Assembly (NCBI RefSeq): GCF_001194135.2
Contig: NC_068995.1
Coordinates: 20,232,394 to 20,296,393, forward strand
Length of the DNA: 64,000 nt
Reading direction: 5' to 3'
DNA from: Octopus bimaculoides
Lineage: Eukaryota
The notes below the pieces were generated by a model. That model was given only the letters and a program-made list of their open reading frames with translations, searched no databases and had not been told where the DNA came from. The number at the start of each line of letters is the position of its first letter. Position 1 is the first letter of the stretch. A program made the translations under genes and the position numbers. Below are positions 12,977 through 27,788 of the stretch, one piece after another.

Positions 12977-14083
12977 CAGCAGCAGCAGCAGCAGCAGTAG
13001 TAGTGGTGGTGGTGGTGGTGGTGGTAGTAGTANNNNNNNNNNNNNNNNNNNNNNNNNNNNNNNNNNNNNNNNNNNNNNNNNNNNNNNNNNNNNNNNNNNN
13101 NNNNNNNNNNNNNNNNNNNNNNNNNNNNNNNNNNNNNNNNNNNNNNNNNNNNNNNNNNNNNNNNNNNNNNNNNNNNNNNNNNNNNNNNNNNNNNNNNNNN
13201 NNNNNNNNNNNNNNNNNNNNNNNNNNNNNNNNNNNNNNNNNNNNNNNNNNNNNNNNNNNNNNNNNNNNNNNNNNNNNNNNNNNNNNNNNNNNNNNNNNNN
13301 NNNNNNNNNNNNNNNNNNNNNNNNNNNNNNNNNNNNNNNNNNNNNNNNNNNNNNNNNNNNNNNNNNNNNNNNNNCATGATGATGATGGAGATATCGCAAA
13401 GATTATGACTGAGATGAAGAGTGAGGAAAGGATGCCATTGATGTTATTGGTATAAGTAGGGCAGCTTTTTATTATTTTTTTTGTTGTAGATTTACTGCTG
13501 ATTTCGATGTTCTTCTGTATATTCTAGAAGTTGTTGCAGTTGTTTTTGTTGTTATTTCACTTACAACCATTGTTCTTTCTGCTGTTGATGTTTTTGCTCT
13601 TGTTGCTAGTGGCAGAGGTGGTGGTGGTTTTGGTGGTGGCGGCGGCGGTGGTGTAGTTGGTGGTGGCACACAGTTATCTGGATGCGGTGCTGATGACAGT
13701 AATGGCAAACCGTCATCTATACTGGAGAGGATGATGTGTGGTTTATATCTTGATGCTGGTGGTAAATAATAATTGTGGAAATGATGGTGCTGCTGGTGAT
13801 GCTGCTCGTAACGGCAGCGGTGGAGGCTTTGGAATTGACGGTGGCGGTGGGTTTCGTCGTCGTGGTGGCAATAGTGTTTGAGGTGGCGATGGTTTGTAAC
13901 TTTTACGTGTGTATTTTTTGGAGAGCAGTACATTCTGTCTGGTCATCACATGTTTATTGTTCCGGTTCACTATCTATGGATATTAACTCTACATACATAC
14001 ATACATACATACATACATACATACATACATACATACATACATACATACACACACACGTATATATACATAAATGCATACATGCG

Positions 14084-14116
<33 letters not shown>

Positions 14117-14240
14117 NNNNNNNNNNNNNNNNNNNNNNNNNNNNNNNNNNNNNNNNNNNNNNNNNNNNNNNNNNNNNNNNNNNNNNNNNNNNNNNNNNNN
14201 NNNNNNNNNNNNNNNNNNNNNNNNNNNNNNNNNNNNNNNN

Positions 14241-14275
<35 letters not shown>

Positions 14276-16584
14276 ATATACATAATTACATACATTCACA
14301 CATATATATACTTACAAACACACACACACACATATATGTATGTATGTATGTATGTATGCGCGTGTGGGGAATGTAATTTAAAGGATAGGTAAAACCAAGG
14401 TAATAGTCTGGCTAGCAAAGTATTCGTAAAGCAGTGTAAGGGTTAGAATTACTTATTAACTAAACAGCGATTACTTATACATACATACATACATACATGC
14501 TTATATACATACTTATGTATATGTGCATGAATTTATATATATATATACATATATAGGGAGAATTCACACAAAAAAGGCAAAAGGCGAAGACAGGTGGTGT
14601 AGACAACAAACAGATGTATTAGTATAANNNNNNNNNNAAATGTGTGTGTGTGCATACACGTATAATATATGTATAACATATACATAGACATACGTTTTAT
14701 ATGTGCATTTGTATATATAAACAATCAATATATATACGCACATATTTATGTTTGTGTGTGTTTTTCTATTTCCGTACGCGGGCAAATATGCTTCTAACTT
14801 TGCATGTACGTGCGTATATATCTTTTTACGCTTGTGTATATGTATGTGTGTCTGTGTACTCTGTGTGTTTTTGTAAGTGGCCTTTTTTTCTTCCAAAAGC
14901 TAATTGAAAGTTTGCCTATGCATACAAGTGTATTGTGAGCAATTTTTTATACTAAACATTGGGAAAAAGCGTTCTGTGAAACGTGAAAGGATTGTTGAAA
15001 TATAGAAGGTTGAGAGCCACAAGTTAATAGCAATAAATTTATATAAAGTGATGCAAATTGACTGAACTGAAAGCCACTCGAGAAATGTACATTGAAATAA
15101 GCATATACTATGTATATTATTAACCTACATAACACTGGATGTTATGTAAATTTATAATATGTATATTAAGTCTGTTTAGACATTTTCATGTCACGAAAGC
15201 TTACGAACAGAAAGACACTAATGTTGGACGTGTAATACACCTGATACCCTCTTATGATTTATTACAACTTTGTAATACTTTGCATCATAACTGACAGACT
15301 TGATATAGCGTCAGAGAATACGCCATATAGTATCTTGTTACGTTTATTTTTTGTAAACTATAAGTCTATAAATCGTCGTTTTGAAATTGCGTTTTTCATC
15401 CTCCCAGAGAGGAGATTATAAAAGAAATATAACTGAGAACTTATCAGACTTACGTAGACTAGAAATGGGTTACAGGTCTTTTTTTTTTTTCAATCACAAT
15501 GATATCTCTGCATTCAGTCATGCGGGGGGGGGGGTTCAGTCACATTATGTAATCTATTTTTACTTCTTATATCTATCAGGATGATCCCGAGATTGAACAC
15601 CTGCCCTTCATTTTGGTTTTTGAACATCTAGCATTGAGATCAGGTCTGGATGAGGATTTGTTATACGCTAACAGTTGGAAATTCAAATTTTAAAAGACCT
15701 CCAGAAATTTGTGAACATACAAGTTTTTCGTTTAAACTGAATTTCAAGTAATACAATATTGCTAGGGAATCGATGAATGCTTTATTACTATTCTCCCCTT
15801 TAGTTTGGGCCGCAAGCCTAATTAGCCGTCCAAGGGAGTTAGCCTTAAAGTCAGCACGGAGTACATCTTTTAAGCTAGCATTTGATATTTTTGTATTTGA
15901 GACAGGGCTAATGGTGTTTTATGTACTTTATTTACTTTTACTAAAGTTTGAATTGAATTTATTGAAAACAATTTTAGTCGGCTTTGGGCGTCCCACAAAC
16001 AAAAATAGAAAAAAATATTACGGACCACGGAAGGACAAAGGTTGCAGTTCTCTAATCGATTACACCCCCCCACACACACTCACACACATACATACATATA
16101 CACCATATACGTGACCTTGTACCCATGTTATAAATCAATTTACCAATAGTTTGCTCAATGAATAACCAAACCTCAGAGGTAATGGAAACTTGAAAAATAA
16201 ATCCAAATCAGAGCTTTTAGTGAAAATCAGCATTACGATAGTGTTTTGTAATCAGCTATATTACACTACAATGCGGCCCATCCACGATATTGTCTCCAGC
16301 TGACTTAATCAATCAGAATTCCACCTGTCTCCAACAAGTGCGATAAATCAATGCGTTTGTTGTATCAGTAAAAAGGATTGGATTCTTCCCCCTTTGAGAC
16401 GCCATATTTCATATATCTGTCCAGACGAAGTATTATTTTGTATTTAGGTCTGCTGGTAGAGAATGTATAACCAATTCCATATATTACAAAGACACATGCA
16501 AGCATGCTCACATTCAACTACACACGCACAAACGCCCAGGCACTTATATAAGTAGAAACACCACACACACATACATATGCATAA

Positions 16585-16651
<67 letters not shown>

Positions 16652-17449
16652 NNNNNNNNNNNNNNNNNNNNNNNNNNNNNNNNNNNNNNNNNNNNNNNNN
16701 NNNNNNNNNNNNNNNNNNNNNNNNNNNNNNNNNNNNNNNNNNNNNNNNNNNNNNNNNNNNNNNNNNNNNNNNNNNNNNNNNNNNNNNNNNNNNNNNNNNN
16801 NNNNNNNNNNNNNNNNNNNNNNNNNNNNNNNNNNNNNNNNNNNNNNNNNNNNNNNNNNNNNNNNNNNNNNNNNNNNNNNNNNNNNNNNNNNNNNNNNNNN
16901 NNNNNNNNNNNNNNNNNNNNNNNNNNNNNNNNNNNNNNNNNNNNNNNNNNNNNNNNNNNNNNNNNNNNNNNNNNNNNNNNNNNNNNNNNNNNNNNNNNNN
17001 NNNNNNNNNNNNNNNNNNNNNNNNNNNNNNNNNNNNNNNNNNNNNNNNNNNNNNNNNNNNNNNNNNNNNNNNNNNNNNNNNNNNNNNNNNNNNNNNNNNN
17101 NNNNNNNNNNNNNNNNNNNNNNNNNNNNNNNNNNNNNNNNNNNNNNNNNNNNNNNNNNNNNNNNNNNNNNNNNNNNNNNNNNNNNNNNNNNNGATAGGGA
17201 GAGAGAAGAGAGGAGGGAAAGCAATAAAAAGGTCGGAAGTTAACAAATATAGCAAAAAGAAGAAGTAAAAAAAAGACATATCCAACTTTCAATCGCTTTT
17301 GGCATTCATTGGGACTTGAGATATCGATCCCAGGTGAGTCGAAATGACAAGTAGTAGCCTCTCAATGGAATTTGAACTCAGAACAATGAAATGCCGAACC
17401 TAATTCCCAATTGACAGTGCCATTACCACCGCCATCATCATCATCATCA

Positions 17450-17488
<39 letters not shown>

Positions 17489-17817
17489 TATCATCATCAT
17501 CATCACCATCATCATAATCATCATCACCTCGTCATCATCATCAACATCATCATCATCATCATCATCATCATCGTCATACGATTATGAAGATTATCTACGT
17601 TGAAATGTGACGATATGACGGTGTCTGAGTCTATATGTGTATCTGTCTCTATTATTACCTGGTATAGGGGTGTGAGTGAGTGTATGCGTGCGTGCGTGCG
17701 TGCGTGTGGGTGTGTGGGGGGTGCGCGTGCGTTTGCACGTTCACGTACTGAGTACACATGTGGCAAAGATCCTAAGATACGGAATATTGGTATTTCAATC
17801 GAGTGACGGCAAAATAA

Positions 17818-17918
<101 letters not shown>

Positions 17919-19476
17919 NNNNNNNNNNNNNNNNNNNNNNNNNNNNNNNNNNNNNNNNNNNNNNNNNNNNNNNNNNNNNNNNNNNNNNNNNNNNNNNNNN
18001 NNNNNNNNNNNNNNNNNNNNNNNNNNNNNNNNNNNNNNNNNNNNNNNNNNNNNNNNNNNNNNNNNNNNNNNNNNNNNNNNNNNNNNNNNNNNNNNNNNNN
18101 NNNNNNNNNNNNNNNNNNNNNNNNNNNNNNNNNNNNNNNNNNNNNNNNNNNNNNNNNNNNNNNNNNNNNNNNNNNNNNNNNNNNNNNNNNNNNNNNNNNN
18201 NNNNNNNNNNNNNNNNNNNNNNNNNNNNNNNNNNNNNNNNNNNNNNNNNNNNNNNNNNNNNNNNNNNNNNNNNNNNNNNNNNNNNNNNNNNNNNNNNNNN
18301 NNNNNNNNNNNNNNNNNNNNNNNNNNNNNNNNNNNNNNNNNNNNNNNNNNNNNNNNNNNNNNNNNNNNNNNNNNNNNNNNNNNNNNNNNNNNNNNNNNNN
18401 NNNNNNNNNNNNNNNNNNNNNNNNNNNNNNNNNNNNNNNNNNNNNNNNNNNNNNNNNNNNNNNNNNNNNNNNNNNNNNNNNNNNNNNNNNNNNNNNNNNN
18501 NNNNNNNNNNNNNNNNNNNNNNNNNNNNNNNNNNNNNNNNNNNNNNNNNNNNNNNNNNNNNNNNNNNNNNNNNNNNNNNNNNNNNNNNNNNNNNNNNNNN
18601 NNNNNNNNNNNNNNNNNNNNNNNNNNNNNNNNNNNNNNNNNNNNNNNNNNNNNNNNNNNNNNNNNNNNNNNNNNNNNNNNNNNNNNNNNNNNNNNNNNNN
18701 NNNNNNNNNNNNNNNNNNNNNNNNNNNNNNNNNNNNNNNNNNNNNNNNNNNTGTTTACACACGCACGCACACAAATATACATACATATATATATATAAAT
18801 ATATATATATAAGTTCAAAAAAACAATAACAAAAAAACAACAAAGTGAGGACGTGATACGGATAGTATGCATGTATATATATATTCATATATTCATGTAT
18901 ATATATATATAGAGAGAGAGAGAGAGGGGGGTGTGAAAGAGAAATCGAGAGAGAGAGTGGGGTGAGAGAGGTGGTGAACTTATGGAGTCGAAAGCTTTGC
19001 AGCATTTGTTTGAATTCTTTCTTTCTGCGGCTATAAGTCAACTTCCCCTTTCATCTTTTCGGGGTCATTAACAAAGCCCCAATCCAAGGCGATGGATTAA
19101 GGGAACTGTTACAGTGCTGGACGAGATGCCTCGCGGTGATACTTCCGACCCTTTGCATCTTTACAGAAACACCAGAGACGTCTCCCATTCTCAGCTGTAT
19201 CGGCCCTAAGGCAATGTTCCTACTTTTGGATAAAATCGGTAGCGTAGAGAGCGGGACAGATGCATATATTTGTGCGTGCATGCGTGTGTGTGCGTGTGTG
19301 TGTATGTGTGTGTATGTGTGCATGTGATGTACGTATGTGTGTGTGCATATACATATACACGTACGCACACGCTCATATACGCTCACGCATGCATGATATA
19401 TATCTATATCTATGTGTATATATATGTGTGTATATATATGCGTATATATATATGCATATACATACACGTATGTATG

Positions 19477-19516
<40 letters not shown>

Positions 19517-19762
19517 CATACACGTATATGTATATATATATATATACATATATATATATANNNNNNNNNNNNNNNNNNNNNNNNNNNNNNNNNNNNNNNN
19601 NNNNNNNNNNNNNNNNNNNNNNNNNNNNNNNNNNNNNNNNNNNNNNNNNNNNNNNNNNNNNNNNNNNNNNNNNNNNNNNNNNNNNNNNNNNNNNNNNNNN
19701 NNNNNNNNNNNNNNNNNNNNNNNNNNNTATATATATATATACACACACATATATATATATAT

Positions 19763-19808
<46 letters not shown>

Positions 19809-20869
19809 GCACATCATGCTCAAACGCGCATACAATGCATATGCATACGTACACGCGCATGCACTCAAGCGCACACACATTCACACGTACATGTGTATAA
19901 AGGGAGGTAGAGAGGGGGAGAGACATAAAATGACAGGGTGGTGTCAATACATACACACCGATATGTTTACCTCACAGCCCTTGTTTCGAAACGCCAATGG
20001 AACGCTTTACATTATCATCAGTACTTTGACCGGATATTATAGGGCAGTAGCCGAAAGCTGAATCGAGACTAGATCCTTACAGAAATCTTTAACTTAGAGA
20101 GACAAAGCCAATAGGCACTGGAATTACAACCCAACGATGTCAAATCCCAAAAGCAACGGGATAAGGCTCATAAAGAAAAAGAAGAAACGCAACTGTGGGG
20201 ATACCACTTCCCATTTTGCATCAAACACTGACAGGCATATTCAATCGGGCTTGAAGTGGAGCGTAATCCTTCCAGAAGACGTGGATGTAACATTACTCTA
20301 TCTGAGAGTCCCCAAATTTTCTGAGTGGCGGAAACTACACTGCTCTTAAAGAACAAACTATACATCTCTTCCTAACTAAAAGGGCCAAAAACTGCATGAT
20401 ACTTGAAGCTGTTGTCAGAGCATAATACACGACGCCCCTATTGTTGTCGACTACCCTAGTTTCCCAGCAACGTTAGTGTCTCAAACCTATCTTCTTCCCG
20501 AAGGTTTATTAGAATTCGCCCCCTCAACAAGGAAAAACACATACACACATATTCAAAATGAGAGAAAGGCACAAGGGCGATACCAAGACAACTGTGAGTA
20601 GCCCACACGTTACTCGGAGTCAGCGAGAGACTAAATTGCACCTCTCTGCAAGTGAAAACTAACTCAGTCCTCGATGTTCTAACTAGGCAAAACATGTAAG
20701 GTAATGGAAGAAGCGTTTGTGTCTGAGATAAATGCTGAAGACAGAGAAATGTATCCAGTGATACAAGGGATTTGGTTGCCATCGTGGAAGAGCTTGCAAC
20801 ATATTTAAGTAGTTCCTTCAGTTTCTGCTTGGAGAGAAACCACCTTCGGCATTCATATATCGTACTTGC

Positions 20870-20909
<40 letters not shown>

Positions 20910-21033
20910 GCACACACACACACATGCACACATAGATATACACGTTCTTATGTGTATGTGTGTACATGAGATACGTATTTCTATACATTGATTCATTCAG
21001 GAAAGAGGGAGAGAGAGAGACAGACAGACAGAT

Positions 21034-21095
<62 letters not shown>

Positions 21096-21702
21096 TGACA
21101 AAGCGCGAAAGATTGACATGAATGACGAATGAAATATCGAGAAAAGGGTAAGAGCATGTGGGGTAGAGAATGATTAACATTTAGAGTAGGAAACACGAGA
21201 GAGACAGATATAAAGTGGTAGAGAGGTTGTAGGGAGACTGAGGGAAAGAGAAAGAAGGAATTATGGAAGAGAGAAAAAGAGAGAGAAAGAAAGAAAGAAA
21301 AAAAGAAAGAAAGAAAGAAAGAAAGAGATTGAGAAAGAAAGCGAGAGAATGAGAGAAAGAGAGAGTAGTGCGATTGCTATTGTTTTAGCGGTGAGAGAGA
21401 AAGTGACAGACGGAGAGAAAAAAAGAGAGGAAATAAGCAGAAAGCAAGAAGCACAGAAAGTGACAGAGACATAGTCAGAGACAAAGAACAAAGAGAGAGA
21501 GAGAGAGAGAGAGAGAGACACACACACAAAGAACAAAAAGAGAGACAGAGAGTGAGTGAGATGGTGGGGGGGGGGACGCACAAAAATTAGAAAGAGATAA
21601 AGACATTTATCAAAACCAGATCTCTTCAATTTTGTTGGTCTTTTAACAACGTGTAACCATAATATGTAGTGCTGTACTTACAACAACAACAACAATAACA
21701 GT

Positions 21703-21738
<36 letters not shown>

Positions 21739-21985
21739 AGTAGCAACAATGGTAGCATCAAAAACAGTATCAACAACATCGAAATCAGCCGTGGGACAGC
21801 AATGCCAAAAAACATCGTCGGGATCATCATTTTCATCATTACCACCAGTCATCATCATCATCACAACCACCACCACTATCATCATTATCCTCAAAAACAA
21901 CAGCAACAACAACACCATCAAAAGACATCACCAGCAGCAACAGCAGCAGCGGTAACAGTAGCAGTAGTAGTAGTAGTACTAGTAG

Positions 21986-22056
<71 letters not shown>

Positions 22057-22087
22057 ACAAAAGCAACAACAGCAAATGTTCGCCAGC

Positions 22088-22410
22088 TGGCCAGTGGGAA
22101 CCCAGTTGTTGTGAATGATGCTCTTCATGTCCAAAAAAGGGAAGCATCATGAGCTTTCCGGTCGATTGCGTTGCCTGGCCTCTTATTTCAGCCAAAAACA
22201 GATACTGTGCTCATACAAGTTAATCCATAAGCAAACTGGAGCATTTCAGAAGTCTCTATAGCGTTTTTGTCCAGCTGGGCTCAAACTTTATTGCATAGCA
22301 GACTTCCAAATTGTCTTCCCGTCCCGACTGCATTCTGCAAACTAGCCAGCTGTCACAAGTAGTGTTTACCAGGGTGTTTAGCAAAGTGCTGTTCAATCTA
22401 GAATAACAAA
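22088..22410 (-). mobile_element. Internally deleted mariner transposase fragment
   Basis: Minus translation MQSGREDNLEVCYAIKF..LDKNAIETSEMLQFAYGLTCMSTVSVFG*NKR (N-terminal HTH) is fused directly to QSTGKLMMLPFF..IIHNNWVPTGQ (catalytic region). Confidence 0.8.
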
Positions 22411-22680
22411 AGTTGGCAGGTCAGCTTATTAGGTATACAGTAATGATATACTAAAATTGCGATAATGTAGGGTAGTTATTACTACTACTAGTAAAACTTT
22501 ATGGCAAGTGTTATGCCTTATTCTTAAAACAACTTAAATCGTACTAAAATATTGCCAATATACTGGTCTAAAAAAAAACCCATTAAACTATATTTTTCTA
22601 TATCTGACACGCCTCGATACGTTTTGTGGTACACTAATGTGCCGCGTGGCACCGTTTCAAAAGCACTGCAATAGATATTA

Positions 22681-22882
22681 GTCTCAAACTTTGGCAAAAA
22701 ATTAGCAATTTCGGGGGTGGGATAGGGGGGATTAGATCGACCCCAGTGTTCAACTTTTACTTATTTTATGGACCCTGAAAGGATGAAACGCAAAGCTGGC
22801 CTCGGCAGCATTTGAACTGAGAACGTAAAGCCGGACGAAATGCCGCTAAGCATTTTATCCGGTGTGCTAAAGATTCTGCCTG
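22681..22882 (-). mobile_element. SINE family B
   Basis: Full body match to the 4585-4793 copy. Confidence 0.88.
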
Positions 22883-24212
22883 TTCACTCAGATATTGAAC
22901 ACGGTGAAGTTGGAGTCATTGAAATTTGATCTCGGTATCCATATGCTGAAGTCAAGAAGAACTGGACACACCAGACACATCTCCTGCCAGCACATCACCC
23001 ACCCACACATTCGGAAACGACAGCCGCAATTATGGCATCGATGAAAATACAGCAGATCAAAAGATATCTGAAAGTTACGTTGAAGAAAACTGCTGTATTG
23101 ATTGTGATATCGTGTTTAATAACAAACAGCAGCAACTACAAGGGACGACGAAAGGAGAAAGAGGGTGGGGCAGCAAGAGAACAAAAACAAACAAAAATAG
23201 GTTGACAATGGCAATGACTTAGTGGTCATCGAGGTTATTGCGGAGGCGACAGTGATGGTGGTGTGGCCGTCGGGACAATAGTGATGATGATGGTAATGAT
23301 GGTGGTGGTGGTGGTGGTGGCGAGACAGCGGTGGTAGTAGCGACGGCATCGGTGGTGGTGGTGGTGGTGGTGGTGGTAATGTTATTAGTAGCAAATGGCA
23401 ATTTAGTGGTGACACTGATAGTTCTAACGATATTATCTGATTGTGATGGTAGCGGTGACGGTTACGATAGACGTGATGATGTCAGTATTCACGGTGATTG
23501 TGCTGGTGTTAGCAGCGGTTTGGTGGTAGTTGTAATATTTGTGATATCGGTGACAGGATTACTTGTGATGTTTGATGGTGAGATTGTTGTGCTGATGAGA
23601 GAGTAAGACAACGGTACAGAAAATGATGCAGTTGCAATCAATTTCTTGCAGTTTATCCCCACACAAGTCCTAATTCTGTAGACCTTTCATCAAAATAATT
23701 GTAACTAGGGTAGCCATAGGGACTTTTACTATCCTACTTCTATTCATGAGTATACTGACAATAAGAAACTGATACTGTAGTCTGTCTTAAATTTACTCCA
23801 GTACACTTCTGGGGGTTACTTTCCCAAATCTCAAACGCCAAGTGGCACAAAAGGGATTGAAATTCCCGAAATGGAGGAACGACACTTAACCGTAGACTAC
23901 ATTACACTAAACTGCTTCACAGTAACATTCACAGACACTAAAATACTTCATACTGACACAGACACCAGCTAATATTAAACAGACATTCACATAAGTTAAA
24001 CTAAATAACACTAACACTCGCAGATACTGAAATTTATTACACTAAGATTCGTAGATACTGAACTTTATTACACTAACTCTTGCAGATACTAAACTTCAAT
24101 ACATTAACCCTCGCGGATGTTATCTCATATTATACTAAAACTCGCAGATACAAAAAACTTTATTACACTAACACTCACATGCATTATACGCAAATACACA
24201 CACATTTATCTA

Positions 24213-25483
24213 TTAGGTTGTTCCGAAACTAATGGCCGATTTCAGAAACATAATTTTACTCTGGAAAAATTAACAAAAGAAATGTTTTGATTAGTCAAAT
24301 TATGAGCCGTGAACATCTATGCATCTCTGCCATCAGTCAACGAGTTTATTTATGCATCGTTGCTAAAAACATATTGGCTTTGATGCTAAGAAATCTTTGA
24401 AAGCTGATTCCACCTCTGCCTTTGGACCTGAAAGTTTTGTCACTTATAAACGTGTTTAAATGCATTAAAAAAATGATAGTCAGAGGGTGAAAGATCAGAA
24501 GAATATGGAGGATGTGGTAAAGTCTCGTATCCCAAGTCTGTGAGTTTCTGCAGCGTCATTCTTGCAATATGTGGCTTTGCATTATCGTGGGGCAGAATTG
24601 GTCCACGCCGATTCACCAATGCAAGTCTCATTTCTTGCAAGTGAACATGCATTTCAGCGAGTTGATTGCAGTAAACCTCTGTTGTAATGCTCTGTTTGGC
24701 TTCCAGAAAGCCGTAATAGAGAATACCAATTGCAGGCCATCAGATAGTCACCATAGTCTTTGACTGATGCGACTTTGGATTTGGAAAATGTTTGTGGGAC
24801 TCATCACGACCAAACCGTTGACTTGATTGTTTACGGTTACCGTAAAGAATCCACTTTTCGTCACAAGTGACTATTCGGTCAAGAAAAGGATCATTGGTGT
24901 TTCGCAGAAAGAGCATCGAGAACACTTCAAAACGCCGAACTTTTTGCTTTTCATTGAGCTCATGCGGTATCTATTTATCGAGCTTTTTCACCTGACCAAT
25001 TATCTGCAGATTGCGTGAGACCGTTGCAATACCAACACCAAGTACCTGAAACATTTCTCTGACACTTTGACGTGGGTTTTGTTCAACAATTACTTTCAAC
25101 TGTTCATTGTCAACATTACATGACTGCCCTCTACCATCTTCATCTTCAAGGCTCCCATCACCACTACGGAATTTCTAAAACCACCTTCGTACTGTGAGAT
25201 CACTTGTGGACCACTCTCCCCATGCTCTGTTAATATTGGCAGCAATTTGGGAGGCATGTGCCCAAGCTTCAACTCATGCAAGAAAAGTAAGCGAAGGTCC
25301 TTTTTTTTTTATCATGTTCATAATTAAGAGTGCCTATACTTCAAGATTATTTTCTGTCTGAAATAAGTAGAAAATTATTAAAGAGCATACATCAATTCAC
25401 CTAAAATATTATTAAAATACTATGATAAAATTGCGTTTCAAAACACCACACTTAGAGTGGCCATTATTTTCAGCACAACCTAA
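24213..25483 (-). mobile_element. Full-length (1271 bp) mariner DNA transposon, Hsmar1/SETMAR-like, decayed
   Basis: ITRs ttaggttgttccgaaactaatggcc and (reverse complement) ttaggttgtgctgaaaataatggcc; TA on both sides (24211-12 and 25484-85); transposase motifs inside. Confidence 0.95.
24291..25315 (-). pseudogene. Mariner DD34D-type transposase pseudogene
   Basis: LHELKLGH..; IPHELNEKQK; FLDRIVTCDEKWILY; GPILPHDNAKPH; LPHPPYSSDLSPSDYHFF; several in-frame stops and frameshifts. Confidence 0.92.
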
Positions 25484-26218
25484 TACATTACACTAATATT
25501 CTCAGATACTAAACTATATTGCACGAAAATAGACGGGTACTAAATTACATTACACTAACGCAAATACTAACATTCACAAAACGCTACACTACATTGTACA
25601 AACATTTAAACTCATGAAAATATATTGCAGTAACACTGAGCGACATTAATGTTCTTAACAGTAACACTCGCAGACACTAAAAGTACATTACACTATCCTT
25701 CACAGATATTAAACTACATTACACAAACATTCATCAATACTAAATTAGATAATACACACAATTACTTTACACAAATGCTTGCAGACCCTAGACTATACTA
25801 TAATAGAACCTCAAAATCGCCCAAACAATTCATCTATTTTTATACTAAAAACACGTTTTGCAACAATGACTGTCGTTTAATCTGTCACTTGGTCTCACCA
25901 TCTGGCCCTTCATTGCTTTTAAGAAAGAATCCGTTTATTTGCAGGCATGCATGCCAGGTTGCTGTTGTGAATATAGTTTACACCCCTCCATTCACCAACA
26001 TCGTAGGGCCTGGAAAGAGTCAAGGGAGCTGCCCTTCCCTCCATGACTAATCTATAAAAAGAAGCACTGCATGTAGCAAGCATTGACAGTCACTAAAGTA
26101 CTTTAGATAGGCGTTGAAACAGGTCATCTCTCTTTGTTACATCTTAAAAAACAAACCATTCACGACAATAATAAGAATTAGTGGACAGCAACAGCTGTGA
26201 CAGTAGCTCCAGAAATGA

Positions 26219-26253
<35 letters not shown>

Positions 26254-27039
26254 GCAGCAACAGTAACAAAGTGACGGTAAAGCTGATAGGTTACAGAAGA
26301 ACAAGCTGAGAGTGATTCGTCTTCTTTGAATGGTATTGCATTGTTTCTATTGACAAGACACTTGATATCAACGGCCTGACCCAGGAGACTTGTACAATTC
26401 TCCAGTGTAAGTAGCACTAACAGTGGCAGCATTGAAAAGAATGGATGAATGCTTTAGCAAATTACAATGCATACATCAAATATTATTTGAAGATAAATTG
26501 TTCAATTACGTAAGAAGGAAAACGTCTGAGATGCGATTCAGTGCCCACCCCTCTGTTTCTATAGTAAAACAAAACGGACCTGTGTATGGAGCACACTAGA
26601 GATGAGGCTATGAAAGTAAAGAAATATCTCTGCTGTTGTACCACGTTTGCATTCAGGATTTGAGCGTAGCACTTAACGTAGAGAGGCAGGCAATGTGCAC
26701 TGGTGTTGAGAGCGAGTAAAACAACACTAACAATAGACAAGAACAACAACAACAAACAATAAAAAAAACAAATTAAAAACAACAACAACAATTACAACGC
26801 TAACAACCGTAGCAACATCTGCGATAACGACATAACCGAAACAAATTAATTAAAAGTTACAATGCTGATTGTAATTACGAACTAGGTCGGCAACAAACAA
26901 CAGATTCAACAAAACAGCAGTGACAACATCAAGAACAGCCGACGGACGGTAATAAAAGCAAGAAACTAACACAAGAATTGCCCAGATAACAACAACAGCC
27001 CTAATAATTATAATTATTTCTAATTTAGACACAAAGCTA

Positions 27040-27212
27040 GAAGTTCTAAAGGAATGGATTAGTCGACTCCGTTGTTCTTAGTACATCACTGGTACTATAA
27101 CATAAAGTAGAAAGTCAAAGTTGACCTCGATGGGATTTGAACGCAGAAAGTAAGGAGTCAGAACAAATGCAGCAAAGTATTTTTGCGATATTCTAATGAC
27201 TCTGCCAGCTCC
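27040..27212 (-). mobile_element. SINE family B, diverged
   Basis: attagtcgactcc...aaagtcaaagttgacctcgatgggatttgaacgcagaa...ctaatgactctgccagctc. Confidence 0.75.
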
Positions 27213-27700
27213 CTGTCGCTGTTGCAGTTATTGTTGTTGTTATTATTATTATTATTGTTCAGTAGTTTTATTTTTATAACGTGCTTTCACTTCACTACCG
27301 AGCGCAGCTCTGTGTGCCTTGGGTATGTGTTGTGGTTTGTTGTGATGCTCTTATTTTTATTGCATTGAAAGTGTTTTACGTAGGATGTGTGCGGTGCCCA
27401 GTAGTGCAATTTTCTGTATGTTGTATACTGTGTACTTGTTAGTCCTGGTGTTTTGTTATGCATTTTTCTGAATATGTATTTATCATACCTAATGCACCCA
27501 CTATGATAGGAACTGTTTCTGTTTTTAGACTCCAAATTCGAGTTACCTCTATTTCCAGATCTTTGTATTTTGAAATATTCTCCGTTTCTTTTTGAGAAAC
27601 ATTATCATCTGTTGGTATTGATACATCGATTAGAAAGCAGATTTTTCTTGGTGATCTCTGACAACTATATCCGGCCTATTGGTCTTAATTTCTCTATCTA

Positions 27701-27788
<88 letters not shown>

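Larger units (their letters stand above)
23895..25805. repeat. Degenerate ~31-bp minisatellite (ctaacactcgcagatactgaactttattaca), interrupted by the mariner
   Basis: Adjacent units ctaacactcgcagatactgaaatttattaca and ctaagattcgtagatactgaactttattaca; the array resumes after 25485. Confidence 0.8.

Noticed and set aside
19040-20860. Possible exons or LINE fragments between the microsatellites
   Set aside because: The frames I translated are interrupted by stops and have no diagnostic RT or endonuclease motif.
26178-26791. Minus-strand ORFs of 84 and 102 aa
   Set aside because: I recognise no motif, they are partly built from AAC repeats, and they lack convincing splice pairs.
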